The translations under genes and the position numbers were made by a program. Of a stretch of DNA of 64,000 nucleotides, positions 38,195 through 48,700 are shown in pieces; the first letter of the stretch is position 1; the number at the start of each line of letters is the position of its first letter. Source of the DNA: a virus; the IMG/VR virus record IMGVR_UViG_3300036766_000686, positions 1 to 64,000 of that record; one strand, 5' to 3'. Under the pieces are notes generated by a model. That model searched no databases. It was not told the origin of the DNA and was given only the letters and a program-made list of their open reading frames with translations.

Positions 38195-39581
38195 CTATTG
38201 CCTCCAGTTCCTTTAGGATTGCTTGTTGCTCTAGGTTTATCTCGCCTATTCTACCTTGAGCCTTCGAACGTTCCTGCATCCGCTTCCCCCTGAGCCACCA
38301 GCGGTTCAGGTTCTTTTCAAACATCTGGATAGGGTGCCCTGCTTTCCTAAGCCATTCATCGTCCCGCGTTGACCAATACCCGAACGCTGCCCACGTTACA
38401 ACGTCGTAGGCGCTTATCCCTTCGTCCTTCGCTACCATCGACGCCCACTTGGGAATCGAGGACAAAGTTCGCTCGTGAGAAGGAACCAACGAGTAGCGTC
38501 CCGCCTCTGCTTTTTTCATGCCTTCATCAATCGCGCCTACAACCTCATCAATCGAAATCGTGCCGTTCCTGCGCTTGAAGGCACAAGCAGGCTCAAGGAT
38601 TCGCGCAGAAGCTACGGCGTGTATAGACGGGAAAGGTTGGGGGGTGTTGTTGTGGGACTCAGCATACGCAAACACGACCTCGGGGGTAATGCCCGCTTCC
38701 AAGCAACTCACTCCGATCTTGAAACAAGCATCCCTCCAAGTCCCCGTGCCCTTGAGGAACTTCTCCCCAGTGCGCTTCCCGCGTATCGCAACGTAAAGCC
38801 GGAACACTTCGTCCTCGAGGACTTTCCTCACCCGAGACGTTTCCTCGGCCTCGCTCACCCCGCTCGCCTGCAGTTGCGCAAGCAACGAGGCGCGCCCTGC
38901 TGTGTCGAGTCCGAAAAGTTCGGAGCAGGCGGGAGCGAAGTTTTCGACGACCCTGACCAGCTTGCCTTCCCTGCTGGCGTTGCGCTTTGCTGTGCCCGTT
39001 CCTTGGGTTCGCTTGGTAGCTCGCGGTTGAGGTTTGTCAAACTCGCTTACGCTCGTTTGTATGTTCGCTTTTGAATTTAGATTCTTAACTCTTAAATTCT
39101 TAACTCTTAAATTCTTAACTCTTAAATTCTCTTTACTTGCTAACGCAAGTAAGGGGGGCGCGTGACGGTCTGTGACGGCATCGTCACACTTCGTCACATG
39201 ACCCTCCTCGCCTTGCTCTTTGTGACGGCCTGTGACGGCATCGTCACACTTCGTCACACCGTTCACCACTGGGGTTCGTTTTGTGCGCCATCGTTGCGTT
39301 CGTTCCGCTCCAGACAGGGGCGGCGGTTCAACTTTCAAAGCTCGTGTCCTCGAGGTTAACAATTCGCCCAGTTCGATGCACTCCTTCAACCCTATCTCCA
39401 CAATTTCTTTCGGTAAGCTCGTGAAATATTCCACCACTTCGTTCAGGCTTTTATTCTCAATATTCGCGTGATTTTTTGCTGTTTTGATTAACGTGGCTAT
39501 CAATGCTTGGGCTTCCCAACTCAGTAAAATATTCCCCGCCGCCTCGTCTTTGAGGCGAACGTGTTGAGGAGCGTCACTCAT
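38052..39581 (-). CDS. Putative replication initiator (N-terminal wHTH, internal iteron-like repeats)
   Basis: LSWEAQALI...LKECIELGEL HTH-like segment, AERTQRWR, and repeats VTKCDDAVT and KNLRV x3, typical of lambda O-like proteins. Confidence 0.6.
   Translation of the reverse strand: MSDAPQHVRLKDEAAGNILLSWEAQALIATLIKTAKNHANIENKSLNEVVEYFTSLPKEIVEIGLKECIELGELLTSRTRALKVEPPPLSGAERTQRWRTKRTPVVNGVTKCDDAVTGRHKEQGEEGHVTKCDDAVTDRHAPPLLALASKENLRVKNLRVKNLRVKNLNSKANIQTSVSEFDKPQPRATKRTQGTGTAKRNASREGKLVRVVENFAPACSELFGLDTAGRASLLAQLQASGVSEAEETSRVRKVLEDEVFRLYVAIRGKRTGEKFLKGTGTWRDACFKIGVSCLEAGITPEVVFAYAESHNNTPQPFPSIHAVASARILEPACAFKRRNGTISIDEVVGAIDEGMKKAEAGRYSLVPSHERTLSSIPKWASMVAKDEGISAYDVVTWAAFGYWSTRDDEWLRKAGHPIQMFEKNLNRWWLRGKRMQERSKAQGRIGEINLEQQAILKELEAIDDGERRKGSERVNKLRGRLIECRRTAKDLERTMEDNFADGRRKDEVA
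39081..39258. repeat. AT-rich 15-mer x3 plus two 38-bp palindromic TGTGACG/CGTCACA blocks (candidate origin)
   Basis: ATTCTTAACTCTTAA at 39081, 39096 and 39111. GTGACGGYCTGTGACGGCATCGTCACACTTCGTCACA at 39162 and 39222. Confidence 0.85.
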
Positions 39582-39807
39582 GGAGCGACCTCACAGAAAA
39601 GGGTGGCCTCCCTCTCCGATAGGGTATTTAGTTGCGCGATTAGGGGGGGGCGAAACCACGCAACATGGACGGGGACAAGCAATAAACCCCGACTATATGC
39701 GCCCGATCTTGGGGAGAGGGAGGCATAAAAACTTTCGCAAAGTTTCGTCATAGGTGCTTGTGAACGCTAAGAATAAATCGAATAAATCAAAAAGTAAATA
39801 AAAATCG

Positions 39808-41247
39808 TTACCCGTCCACCACGCTCACCTTGAACGCTCGTTCTTTTCGATACACGCCCATCCTACTCCTCGAGTGCTCCGCGAAATAGGGATGGGTTAA
39901 ATCAACGAAATCCACAATAAAAGCACGCTGCTTCCCTGCGTGAGGAGTCAAGCATCGTAACCTTTGGTAAGTCCTCTTGATATCTGACCCGCCTTCTGCA
40001 ATCACCACCGCGTCAATCTCGGGAATGTCCACTCCCTCGTCGAAAATCGTCCCAACTAACACGAGTATATCCCCATTCTTGAATCGTGATACCTCACGTT
40101 CCCGGTCCTCGGTCTTGGTTTCGCCGGTCAAACAAGCGTACCGAACTCCTAACTTGTCGAGACGATCGCACAACTCCACAACTTGTTCCAGCCTGCTCGA
40201 TATCACAACAACGCGCAGCCCTTCCTTTGACATACGGAAAGCCTCTGCGGCTATCTTGTCGTTTCGGTAATCGTTGAGGATGATTGCGTCCTTGTGAAGT
40301 TTCTGGGACCAACGACGGCGCCCAAGGTCGGGCTTCCGAATGACGTGCAAAGATACCTCGGGGCGGACCAAATAGTTTTGATCGATCAAGTCGCTCATAG
40401 GAACATCGATCAAGATGTCCCCGGTACAAGCGTGAAGCCAGATCACGCCAAGTTCCGTTTCGCGTTCGTTGTCGAAAAACACAGTTGCCGAAAGCCCGAG
40501 TTTGTAAGGAGCGTCGGAATCGAGTAGAGCCTGCCTCCACGTTTCACTTTTCAAGTGGTGAATCTCGTCCGCTATCACGAGGTCGGTTCGTTGCAGGAGT
40601 TCAAAGTACTTTTCAAACGTTCGCCCACGGGCCGAGGACAGGGTTTGAAACGACGCCACGTTAATGTCCCGCTCGTTCCATTCCCCATCTCCCATTACGC
40701 CAACGTCAACCTTCAACGCTTTTTCCAGCGCTTGTCGAGTTTGATGGAGCAGGAAAGTTGCGGGGACGAGAAATAGAGTCCTCACGCCCAGCCGGGCAAT
40801 GATTGCGGCAGCGGTGCGGGTCTTGCCCGCCCGAGGAGGCATCTTGACGATGCCCCTCCCGATCGTTCCCAAAGCCCCCTGCGGTGTCGTGGCGCACGTA
40901 AGCGCCTCGCACTGATAGGGTCGGAGCCCGTCAACGGGCGCGAGACGAAGGAAGGACGCGGGAAAGCGCCGACAGTCCTCGAAATCAAACTCCGTGCCTT
41001 GCTCTCTCAGCGTTGCCATGACGTCGTTAGCCATGCCAGCGGGGAACCTGAGACTGCCATCAGGTAACGCCTTTGCAAGTCTCACCCTACCGTCCCACGT
41101 GTGCGCAACAAAGCGAGGAGAGAAACGCCGCCCCGCCATCAAGTAGGAAGTCCTTTGGGAGATTGCCTTGAGGACTGCCGTGGGGGCTCCGTACAACCTC
41201 CCGTGTCGATTATCTAAGGTCAGCCTCACTCCTACATTATCGCACAA
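39808..41247 (-). CDS. Superfamily 2 helicase (UvsW/ResIII-like)
   Basis: LRPYQ, PPRAGKT, DEIHH, GLSAT, FDEGVDIP, and QRLRCL. Confidence 0.92.
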   Translation of the reverse strand: MCDNVGVRLTLDNRHGRLYGAPTAVLKAISQRTSYLMAGRRFSPRFVAHTWDGRVRLAKALPDGSLRFPAGMANDVMATLREQGTEFDFEDCRRFPASFLRLAPVDGLRPYQCEALTCATTPQGALGTIGRGIVKMPPRAGKTRTAAAIIARLGVRTLFLVPATFLLHQTRQALEKALKVDVGVMGDGEWNERDINVASFQTLSSARGRTFEKYFELLQRTDLVIADEIHHLKSETWRQALLDSDAPYKLGLSATVFFDNERETELGVIWLHACTGDILIDVPMSDLIDQNYLVRPEVSLHVIRKPDLGRRRWSQKLHKDAIILNDYRNDKIAAEAFRMSKEGLRVVVISSRLEQVVELCDRLDKLGVRYACLTGETKTEDREREVSRFKNGDILVLVGTIFDEGVDIPEIDAVVIAEGGSDIKRTYQRLRCLTPHAGKQRAFIVDFVDLTHPYFAEHSRSRMGVYRKERAFKVSVVDG

Positions 41248-41376
41248 GGCGGGGGCGGGGTAAATGAGAAAAGCGCCTCACCCCCCCCCCGCCTCCCCAG
41301 AGTTTCCAGAAGGCGTTTTGTTGTCGGGGGCACAGAATCGTAGCTCCCCGGAGGTGAAAGTCGGAAATAGAGGGTG

Positions 41377-41853
41377 CTATGGCGGGGCGTTTAGGGTGCG
41401 CGAGCCCAACCAAGTCACCGTTACGACCTCGTCCAACTGCTTTGCCGTTTTTCTCAATTCTTCGAGCGCTCGGTCAATACGTTTCGGGTCTGCGGACTCG
41501 ACCGCGTCTTGAGCATCCAGCCGGGCCTTGTCGAGTGCCAGCCACGCATCATTGAGCGTTGCACAGTCTGCCCGCAGTTTGCGCAACGTCACGTCCGCGT
41601 CCGCGTCCTTGTCCACTACCCCCCTCGCCTGCAGCTCCCGCTCCCTCACGTCACACGCCGCCCGCGTTGCCTCAATCGACGGGACGAGGACTGTCTGGAT
41701 TACGTGCAAGAGGGAATGGATTGTGGAGATAGAGGATGCAAACTGAGAGGGCGAGCAAGCCGCCAAAAGCCCCACGGCAAGGAAAGGTATGGCAAGCCGG
41801 GCGATCAAGCACTCGAACAGACTGGTCAGGATTTTTCTTGCTTTGTTTTGCAT
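41377..41853 (-). CDS. Lipoprotein (possible spanin component)
   Basis: Hydrophobic stretch ending LLAAC (lipobox), helical body, located in the lysis region. Confidence 0.6.
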   Translation of the reverse strand: MQNKARKILTSLFECLIARLAIPFLAVGLLAACSPSQFASSISTIHSLLHVIQTVLVPSIEATRAACDVRERELQARGVVDKDADADVTLRKLRADCATLNDAWLALDKARLDAQDAVESADPKRIDRALEELRKTAKQLDEVVTVTWLGSRTLNAPP

Positions 41854-41880
41854 CCTCGTCCTCCTCGGTTTTCTTACACG

Positions 41881-41917
41881 CGGTAGCGGGTGCAGGAATC
41901 GAACCTGCCATCCTCAT
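41881..41917 (-). pseudogene. Orphan tRNA 3' half (T-arm plus acceptor strand)
   Basis: GCAGG-TTCGATT-CCTGC-ACCCGCT-A. Confidence 0.75.
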
Positions 41918-42594
41918 GAAGTTGCAGGGAGAGAAATCGAATCTCTAACCTCGTGGGTATGAGCCACGCGCGCTGCCTTTGCGCCACCCTGCACAAGTTT
42001 TTCCAACTCAATTAATCCATGATCTAGTTCCCAATGATGATTAGGACACAAAGTAACCAGATTTTCAATGGCATTCACAGCCTCAATTTTTGTTGCCCCG
42101 GAAAATTTGGCGATAGCGCGAACATGACAAATTTCTACGTGCCGATCGTACCCACAGACGAAGCACACACGCTGCCGTTTCGATCCTAAATAAATATGTC
42201 TTGCGTGGTTTTGAATGGAGGAACGCGAGGACTGATAACCTTTGCAACGATCACGATGCTCTTCCAACTTATACCCCTTTATTTTTTCACGTTGATGGCA
42301 ATCTTTGCAGGCTCGCAGCCTCAACCCTTCTGGAATAATTTTCCCGCAGCGTTTGCATTTACGAGGAGATTTATCGCGCTTGCGTTCTTTATTGGTCGTT
42401 ATCGCCGCGCAGGATCTTGAACAGTATTTCCGCTTACGCGTGTCAGCTATTTTACTTTTACCTTTTACCGAAATAGTTTTGCCGCAATTTTGGCATATCC
42501 GGGGAGAAGAATAATAGCGACTTAAAGCGGCTTGCCGACTTATTATCGCTGTCGCCCGTCCACCAAAACTTTGAGGACTAATTGGATCGTTCAT
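41914..42594 (-). CDS. HNH homing endonuclease with N-terminal zinc ribbons
   Basis: CQNCG...YCSRSC, CKRCG...CKDC, then CFVCGY...EICHV...NAIENLVTLCPNHHWELD. AT-rich relative to its flanks. Confidence 0.88.
   Translation of the reverse strand: MNDPISPQSFGGRATAIISRQAALSRYYSSPRICQNCGKTISVKGKSKIADTRKRKYCSRSCAAITTNKERKRDKSPRKCKRCGKIIPEGLRLRACKDCHQREKIKGYKLEEHRDRCKGYQSSRSSIQNHARHIYLGSKRQRVCFVCGYDRHVEICHVRAIAKFSGATKIEAVNAIENLVTLCPNHHWELDHGLIELEKLVQGGAKAARVAHTHEVRDSISLPATS
41922..41993 (-). tRNA. tRNA with CAT anticodon (Met, or Ile2)
   Basis: Acceptor TGCAGGG/CCCTGCA, D stem GCGC/GCGC, anticodon arm CGTGG-CTCATAC-CCACG, T arm AGAGA-TTCGATT-TCTCT. No encoded CCA. Confidence 0.88.
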
Positions 42595-42634
42595 CCTCTC
42601 AGTTTAGCGGGTAAGCGTTACGAAATCAACAAAC

Positions 42635-42664
42635 CTATGCGTGCCTCCAGTACACCTACCCGCA
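42635..42664 (-). pseudogene. Orphan tRNA 5' half (acceptor strand plus D arm)
   Basis: TGCGGGT-AG-GTGT-ACTGGAG-GCAC-G-CATAG. TGCGGGT pairs with ACCCGCT of the 41881-41917 half except at 1:72. Confidence 0.55.
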
Positions 42665-42668
42665 ACAA

Positions 42669-43220
42669 CTACCCTCCACACGTTCGAGTGAAGCAAGGCT
42701 CCATGTTCTGCCTCAACCTCCACTCGTTTATTCTCAATATGCGATCGTATTCGGATGAGCGAGTCACGGCGTCCCGAATCGGATCCGTCACCCGGTGAGC
42801 CTCGCGGCTCGCTCGATCCTGAATTATGTCCATTCGAATTTGCTGTACCGAATCCTTAATTTCGGTAACGGCTTTTTCGTGAACGTCGAGGCGCTTCTTA
42901 ATTTCGACGTGTTCCTGAGTATTCGTGTCCTTCAACGTCTTGACCTCTTGTGGTTCGGCACCTTCGGGGAACTGAAACGCCCCGCCCGCCGCCTGCAGTA
43001 ACGCCGCTCCCCACCCGCCACCGCCCACCAATACGATAATCCCCGCAACGACGATCCACTTGATCCTTACGGTCAGCGTTGACGGGCCTATGGAGATTGG
43101 CGGATCAGTATTTCCCATGTATACCATCTTACCAAGTTTGTAGGTTTCTGTCACCTTCAAACCCCCGTCGCCCACTGAAAGTGCATGGGGTCGGGGTTGC
43201 TGTGAAACTTCGCGCCCCAC
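42669..43220 (-). CDS. Membrane-anchored coiled-coil protein (holin/spanin-like; true start probably ~43150)
   Basis: TM segment WIVVAGIIVLVGGGGWGAALL plus coiled coil, directly after the endolysin. Confidence 0.6.
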   Translation of the reverse strand: MGREVSQQPRPHALSVGDGGLKVTETYKLGKMVYMGNTDPPISIGPSTLTVRIKWIVVAGIIVLVGGGGWGAALLQAAGGAFQFPEGAEPQEVKTLKDTNTQEHVEIKKRLDVHEKAVTEIKDSVQQIRMDIIQDRASREAHRVTDPIRDAVTRSSEYDRILRINEWRLRQNMEPCFTRTCGG

Positions 43221-43840
43221 GTAAATCCAGCCGCCTCGAAAATCTGCACCACACCCGGGTGAATCCTGCTCGGGTGCCCCGGAGGATTTTCGCTCCAGTT
43301 TACATCACACGCGATTGCCCACGAGTGCAGGGAAAGAGGTTTGCTCGGGTCGTTCATCTTGTGCCGCGGCGCCCACACCGCGAACTGTCGGACCTCGCTC
43401 GACAGCCCTTGCCTTTGCACCTGTTCGAACACTTCGAAAAATACGTCCGCGAGTTTCTTGTGGACGATTTCCTTGCCGACAACAGGGAGGAAAATAGCGA
43501 CCGTGTTGTCCTCACTCCACCCGTTTGTGATCTTGATCCTCCCACCCTCCGCGTTCACGTATTGAATTTGCCCAAACACGCGCGCCACGTTGTCGAGCCC
43601 ATGAGGAATCTCGACCACAGAGGCGATTGGATGCGGGACGGCAACATCTCGCGCAATCGCGCCCAACGTCACCTCGTCCACTGTCCCTGTAACAAACCTT
43701 TGCCGCTGGTACTCTCGTACCGCGCTCTCCGTGATGCGTCCATACTCTCGATCCATGCGCCCGTGATAGTACCCGAGCTTGCCCAAGTCCTCTTGTAACT
43801 TGCCGACCTCCGGCCCTTTGTCTCCAATGTGAAGTTCCAT
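43157..43840 (-). CDS. Endolysin: peptidoglycan-binding domain plus M15 peptidase
   Basis: GDKGPEVGKLQEDLGKLGY...YGRITESAVREYQ, then R...SLHSWAIACD...WG...DPMHFQ. Confidence 0.9.
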   Translation of the reverse strand: MELHIGDKGPEVGKLQEDLGKLGYYHGRMDREYGRITESAVREYQRQRFVTGTVDEVTLGAIARDVAVPHPIASVVEIPHGLDNVARVFGQIQYVNAEGGRIKITNGWSEDNTVAIFLPVVGKEIVHKKLADVFFEVFEQVQRQGLSSEVRQFAVWAPRHKMNDPSKPLSLHSWAIACDVNWSENPPGHPSRIHPGVVQIFEAAGFTWGAKFHSNPDPMHFQWATGV

Positions 43841-43849
43841 TTTGCTCTC

Positions 43850-45775
43850 CTATAGTGGGATGGGAGCCAGGTCGATTCCCGTGAGCCCGTGACGGAGTGT
43901 GGTGAACAGCCCCCCGTGAGGATTGCCAGCGTCCACTTTGACCACACCCCCAAATACCCACGCTCCTTGCGCAAATCCCAACCCGTAGACGGTAAAGGCG
44001 GGAAGATAAGTCGAATCAATTGATGCTAAGGACGCGAGAGGATTCCACGAGGAACCATTGTCGATAGAGACCCACAAACTGTTTAACGATCCCCCGCATA
44101 TCATCAACCCCGTATCGTCCGAACAAATTGAGAATCCTTGGATCAGGCCGTCAAATACCGCTCCAACATCGTTCCACGTCGTACCGTCCGCAGAAGTGGC
44201 GACCTCGCCTCCCTCCGTGATAAGACTAAACACGGTTCCGTTCCACGTGATATCGTTGACCGCGTGGGTGATCGAAGCAGGGAGCGTCCGGGCCGTCCAA
44301 GTTTCGCCGTCTGGACTGGTGAGAATTTTCGGCACCCCACCGCCCGATCCACCCGCGACAAATAAGCGCGAACCGTTTGGCGTTCCACAGCATACACAAT
44401 TTAAATCACAGTTTGGAACGCCTGTTGTTTTCTGAACCCACGTTTCCGCGTCCACGCTACAAAGGATCACCGCATTGCTCCCATCGTTTTTCCCAACCGC
44501 GATAAATAACATAGCTCCATCCGAAATCACGTCATTTAAGATTGCAATTGTTGGAGTTATTTGTTCCACCCACGAACTAAAGTCCGGCCCTTCCCCCTTC
44601 GCCACAAAAGAGTCTCCCCCTGCCTCTCGGGAGCCAACTACCACAAACACCCCGTCTTTGCTAAAGTTAAAAGGATCAAAACATACGCTGGTTAAATAGA
44701 GATTTTTGGCAACCGTATCGTACTTCCAATCCTTGCCCCCGTAACTCCAATAAATATAACAGGGCGCTGGGCCAGGCAGTTGAAAGGCTACGGCGCAATA
44801 AACAGGAACAAGACCAATACCGCTCCCGTTATTTACCGATCCTCCCGCCACTTTCGAAAATACTCGGTAGTCCGTTCCGTTGTTGAACCAGTTGAGTATA
44901 GTAGATGCAAACGATTTCCTAAGTTCCATCTTGCTCGTATGCGCCTCTGACCAGTCAGAAAGCGAGTAAGGCAAAAACCGTTGCCCCGTCACATCGAACA
45001 CTGTCGGACTAGTTCCGATCCCGCTTCCCTTTACTTTGCCAACCCACCAGTACCCCGATACGTCGAATAAATCCCCGCTCTCTAACGTCTTGATAGTCGG
45101 CCCGATAAGTCGAACCTTGTAATGGGAAGCGTCCGTATCTACGCTCCCCACCTGCTGTCCGAGCAAAGCCGCCGTCTCGATATAGTTTTCCGTTTCCCCG
45201 CCATCCCACTGTACCGTGCAAGTCTCGATGGCGACGGACTCGCTCGTTCCGTTTTGCGCTGGGGTAATCAACCAAACCTGCACCTCTCTCCCCGCGTTCG
45301 AAACGCCTGCCTCGGTAATGGTATCGACGACCAAGCGCAACGTGGTCCCTTGATCCGTAACTTCATCGGGGTAATCACATTCCCCAATTGCCTCTTCCCA
45401 GTTTATGTATTCGGGATATCCGGTGCGAGGATTGACCTGTACTCCGCTCGGTATCTCGCATTTTTTGAGCGCCACTTGGTAATACGTTGCGGAGGTGTTC
45501 TCAAAGTAATAGTCCTCATCACAGGTGTTAAGCAGGATATTTCCAATCGCATCCGTGCCGTAGAAGGCTCCGGTCAACTTAACTCGATCCGTCTCGCTAC
45601 TCGACAGGGTTATCCTTGTGCTGCCGAACGTGCCTTGAAGGGTATAAACCCTTGCGGTCAGAGCCTTTACAGAGTTTATCAAGTAATCAAGGAAATAGTC
45701 CTTGAAGGGGCTAACACCCATCAAACGTTTAAGGGTAATGTTTACGAACTTATCCTGAGTTGTCATGGTACTCAC
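43850..45775 (-). CDS. Tail fibre/receptor-binding protein with BNR/Asp-box beta-propeller
   Basis: Repeated SxDGxTW motifs in the C-terminal half, downstream of the baseplate genes. Confidence 0.75.
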   Translation of the reverse strand: MSTMTTQDKFVNITLKRLMGVSPFKDYFLDYLINSVKALTARVYTLQGTFGSTRITLSSSETDRVKLTGAFYGTDAIGNILLNTCDEDYYFENTSATYYQVALKKCEIPSGVQVNPRTGYPEYINWEEAIGECDYPDEVTDQGTTLRLVVDTITEAGVSNAGREVQVWLITPAQNGTSESVAIETCTVQWDGGETENYIETAALLGQQVGSVDTDASHYKVRLIGPTIKTLESGDLFDVSGYWWVGKVKGSGIGTSPTVFDVTGQRFLPYSLSDWSEAHTSKMELRKSFASTILNWFNNGTDYRVFSKVAGGSVNNGSGIGLVPVYCAVAFQLPGPAPCYIYWSYGGKDWKYDTVAKNLYLTSVCFDPFNFSKDGVFVVVGSREAGGDSFVAKGEGPDFSSWVEQITPTIAILNDVISDGAMLFIAVGKNDGSNAVILCSVDAETWVQKTTGVPNCDLNCVCCGTPNGSRLFVAGGSGGGVPKILTSPDGETWTARTLPASITHAVNDITWNGTVFSLITEGGEVATSADGTTWNDVGAVFDGLIQGFSICSDDTGLMICGGSLNSLWVSIDNGSSWNPLASLASIDSTYLPAFTVYGLGFAQGAWVFGGVVKVDAGNPHGGLFTTLRHGLTGIDLAPIPL

Positions 45776-45778
45776 CTC

Positions 45779-48700
45779 TTACGAGTTAATTTCGATCGTA
45801 TCAGATTCGAGAGGCAAAGGCATAACCTCAACCTCGTCTATCGTTACCACACTTTTCTCCGCGCCTAACCCCACGTTCCCGGAAACGAACGCGGTAAGAT
45901 AGTCGGCGTCATCATGCACCAATACATTATCAACATAAAACCTAAGCCAGTTCGAGTAAACTGGATGGTCTGAAATCTCGAACCGATACGCGTACCAAGC
46001 TCCCAAGTAAATCGGTATTCCTATCTCGTTCCGAGTATAGGTTACAGAGGAAACAACGCTCCCACCAACAACTTTAGAAATCGTGATCGAACTATTCCCG
46101 TCCACACCAAACACAATCCGAGCCGAATAATAATCGAGCCCGTCCGAGCTCACCATCTGGCGCATTTCAAACACCGGGGAGGATTGCGAGGACTCGACCT
46201 TTGCTTTTACCGTGTATAGACCATGCCCGAAATCTGCCCAATTGACTGAGGACAGCAACGTTCCCACCCCACTCGCGCTATCCGCGTCAATCTCCATCGT
46301 TCCCCCGCTCACGCTCACAGTGGCATCGGTCAGCGTAGGATTCCATTGTGTGAAGTCCGCATCCTTTTCGAATAAATCGAGTAAGCCCAAATAAAATACC
46401 TCGAAGTTTTCGCCCGAAGGGCGCATCAACCGCAGCAGGGACAACACGAGGTCGCGGTTAAGCGCTCCGTTGTCCACAATTCTAATCGTGCTCCAGTACT
46501 CATCCCCAAGCCCTTCGCCCGGGTGCGCTATAACCCATGGATCCGAGTGAGCGTGTTCCTCCCAAATGCCCGTCTCCTCCATGATCCAGCGATAGTCGAA
46601 CCAGTTCAGGATTCTATTTCTCGCTCCCGTTGCGAAATACAAGATTTCCCGCGTTGCGCTTTCCGGCCCGCGCCTGCGCCACATGGGAACAGATACGGAA
46701 ATCAAACGCCTCAATTCATCATAAGAGAGCCCATCCGTAATGCTCGACAAGTCGGGGGTCCATCCGACTATTCTCTTGAGGTACTGTAAGAGTTCATCAG
46801 GACATTTTTCGACGTCCCACAACTCGGGGACGGTCTTATACAACTCCACAAGACGCTCCCATACGAGTTGCGGGCCAAGGAGCCAACGCCACAATAACTT
46901 ATTCCCTACACGCTGGTCTTCCATGCGCACAGGTTCAATTAAAAACTCGTATAGGGAACGCGGGGTCAGCAGGACGGTGGGAACTGCCTGCCCGTAGACC
47001 TCGGACTTGTCAATGCTCAACGTGTCCGAAAAATCCCTTAGGAAAAAATTTCCGCGATAAATAAAGTCCGAGATTGCGAGACCATCGACAAAGGTTCGGT
47101 CGTATTCCGCAAAGTGGTCACAATCTTCGATAAGGGTCATAGTGTCCGCGATACGGACCTCAAACGTCACCCCGACCGCCAACGTTTCGCTCAAGGATAG
47201 AGAGGAAGAAAAATCTCTCAGGTACCGCGCTTCGAAATTAGTCCGCTCCGTTAGCGTCAACGAATCGAAGGAACCGACAAACCGCTCCGCTTCAATCTCG
47301 ATCCACTCCCCCTCCATCCCCACTGTGTCGTTTTCCTTACGCTCGAAAGTTTCTTCCTTCGCAACTTCGTCCAACACCTCCAACGTTTCAGTTTCGGTTT
47401 TTTCCGCTTGCAGTTCCGTACCAATTGTTTCGACCAACGTAGCCGAATCCTGTGTTTTCCTCTCGCCTTCGTACTCCTGCTCCAGCCTATCCTCCGCCCC
47501 GATTTCATCCGCAAGAGCTTGTGCCTGATCAACCTCGCTCCTTACCTCGTCATTCAATACCAACGAATCCGCTCCGGCTGATAACCCCATCTCTTGCCCT
47601 AATCGCAACTCATCCGAAAATTCAAATTCATCGGAGGCGGATCTTCCAAACTCGAACCGTTGAGAAATCTCCTCAGCAACGTCCATGGAATCGCTCGAAA
47701 GGCGCTCCATCGACAATTCAAAATCCAGATCACCTCCGAATCTATAAATCTTTCGTTGGTTACTGATCCCAACGTAGACGGAGGAGCGATAAGCAACAAG
47801 CCCGGAAACAGGAGTGGAAGCGCCAAAGTTGTAAAGGGTTTCCCCCACGTTTATCCCAGGTATCAAGTATCTTTTGATAGCTCCGTTATGCTCGAAATAG
47901 ACCCAATCACCAGCCACAGACAAATCGAGCGGCCAATAGGAAGGGCTTGGCAAAAAAGCGAATGTTGCTCCATTGTTTTCGACCGCTGTCTTGAGTACCT
48001 TTTTGACATGGACCACAGTTGTGCCGTTAGTGAAAATCACCCAGTCCCCATACAACGTCAAGGTCATCGGTCCATTAGAGGCTTGAGCATTGGTTACATT
48101 CGTTACGCTACCACCGTCCTTAGCAACTCGGCGCACTCGTAAAGACGGGGTATTGGTGATCCAGTACAAAAACCCATCATCCTTTTCAAGCCCTTGAATC
48201 GTTCCTTGTCCGGTAACGATATCCTCAACGCTACCGCTTCCATCACAATGTATTCGTTGTATCTTCCCGCCGCCAGTAGTCCACCAAACGTATTCGCCAT
48301 CCGTTACCACTTCGCCGGGATTATTCAAACCGGTAGCAAGATCGGTCACAGATCCACCGCCGATAGGAACCTTGCGGATTGCTCCTCCCCACTTATCAGC
48401 AAGGTAAACGTTGATCCCATCAACGGCAATCCCCGCTACCATAGACTGTCCAGACGCCAAAAGCGAAGGAACTCCGCCGCTTATCGGTAAGGAGTATGCC
48501 CTCTGTAAAGTATCATCTGTCCAATACAGATATGGCCCCCACTTGACCATCCGAAAAACATATGAATAGCCATCTTGTAAGAGGTGTGACGGAGTTACGT
48601 CAATAGAATCCGAAACGGACTTAGTTGATTCCCCCGCGATCGATAATAAATCCGAAATCTCAGCAGAGTCCGAAATCGGCTTGTGAAATTCCCTTCCACT

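Noticed and set aside
41672-41917. 81-aa ORF MRMAGSIPAPAT...
   Set aside because: It is a translation of the tRNA T-arm and overlaps the lipoprotein gene out of frame.
41918-42634. Group I intron in a tRNA anticodon loop
   Set aside because: The insert is almost fully occupied by the HNH ORF and a tRNA, leaving no room or motifs for a P3-P7 catalytic core.
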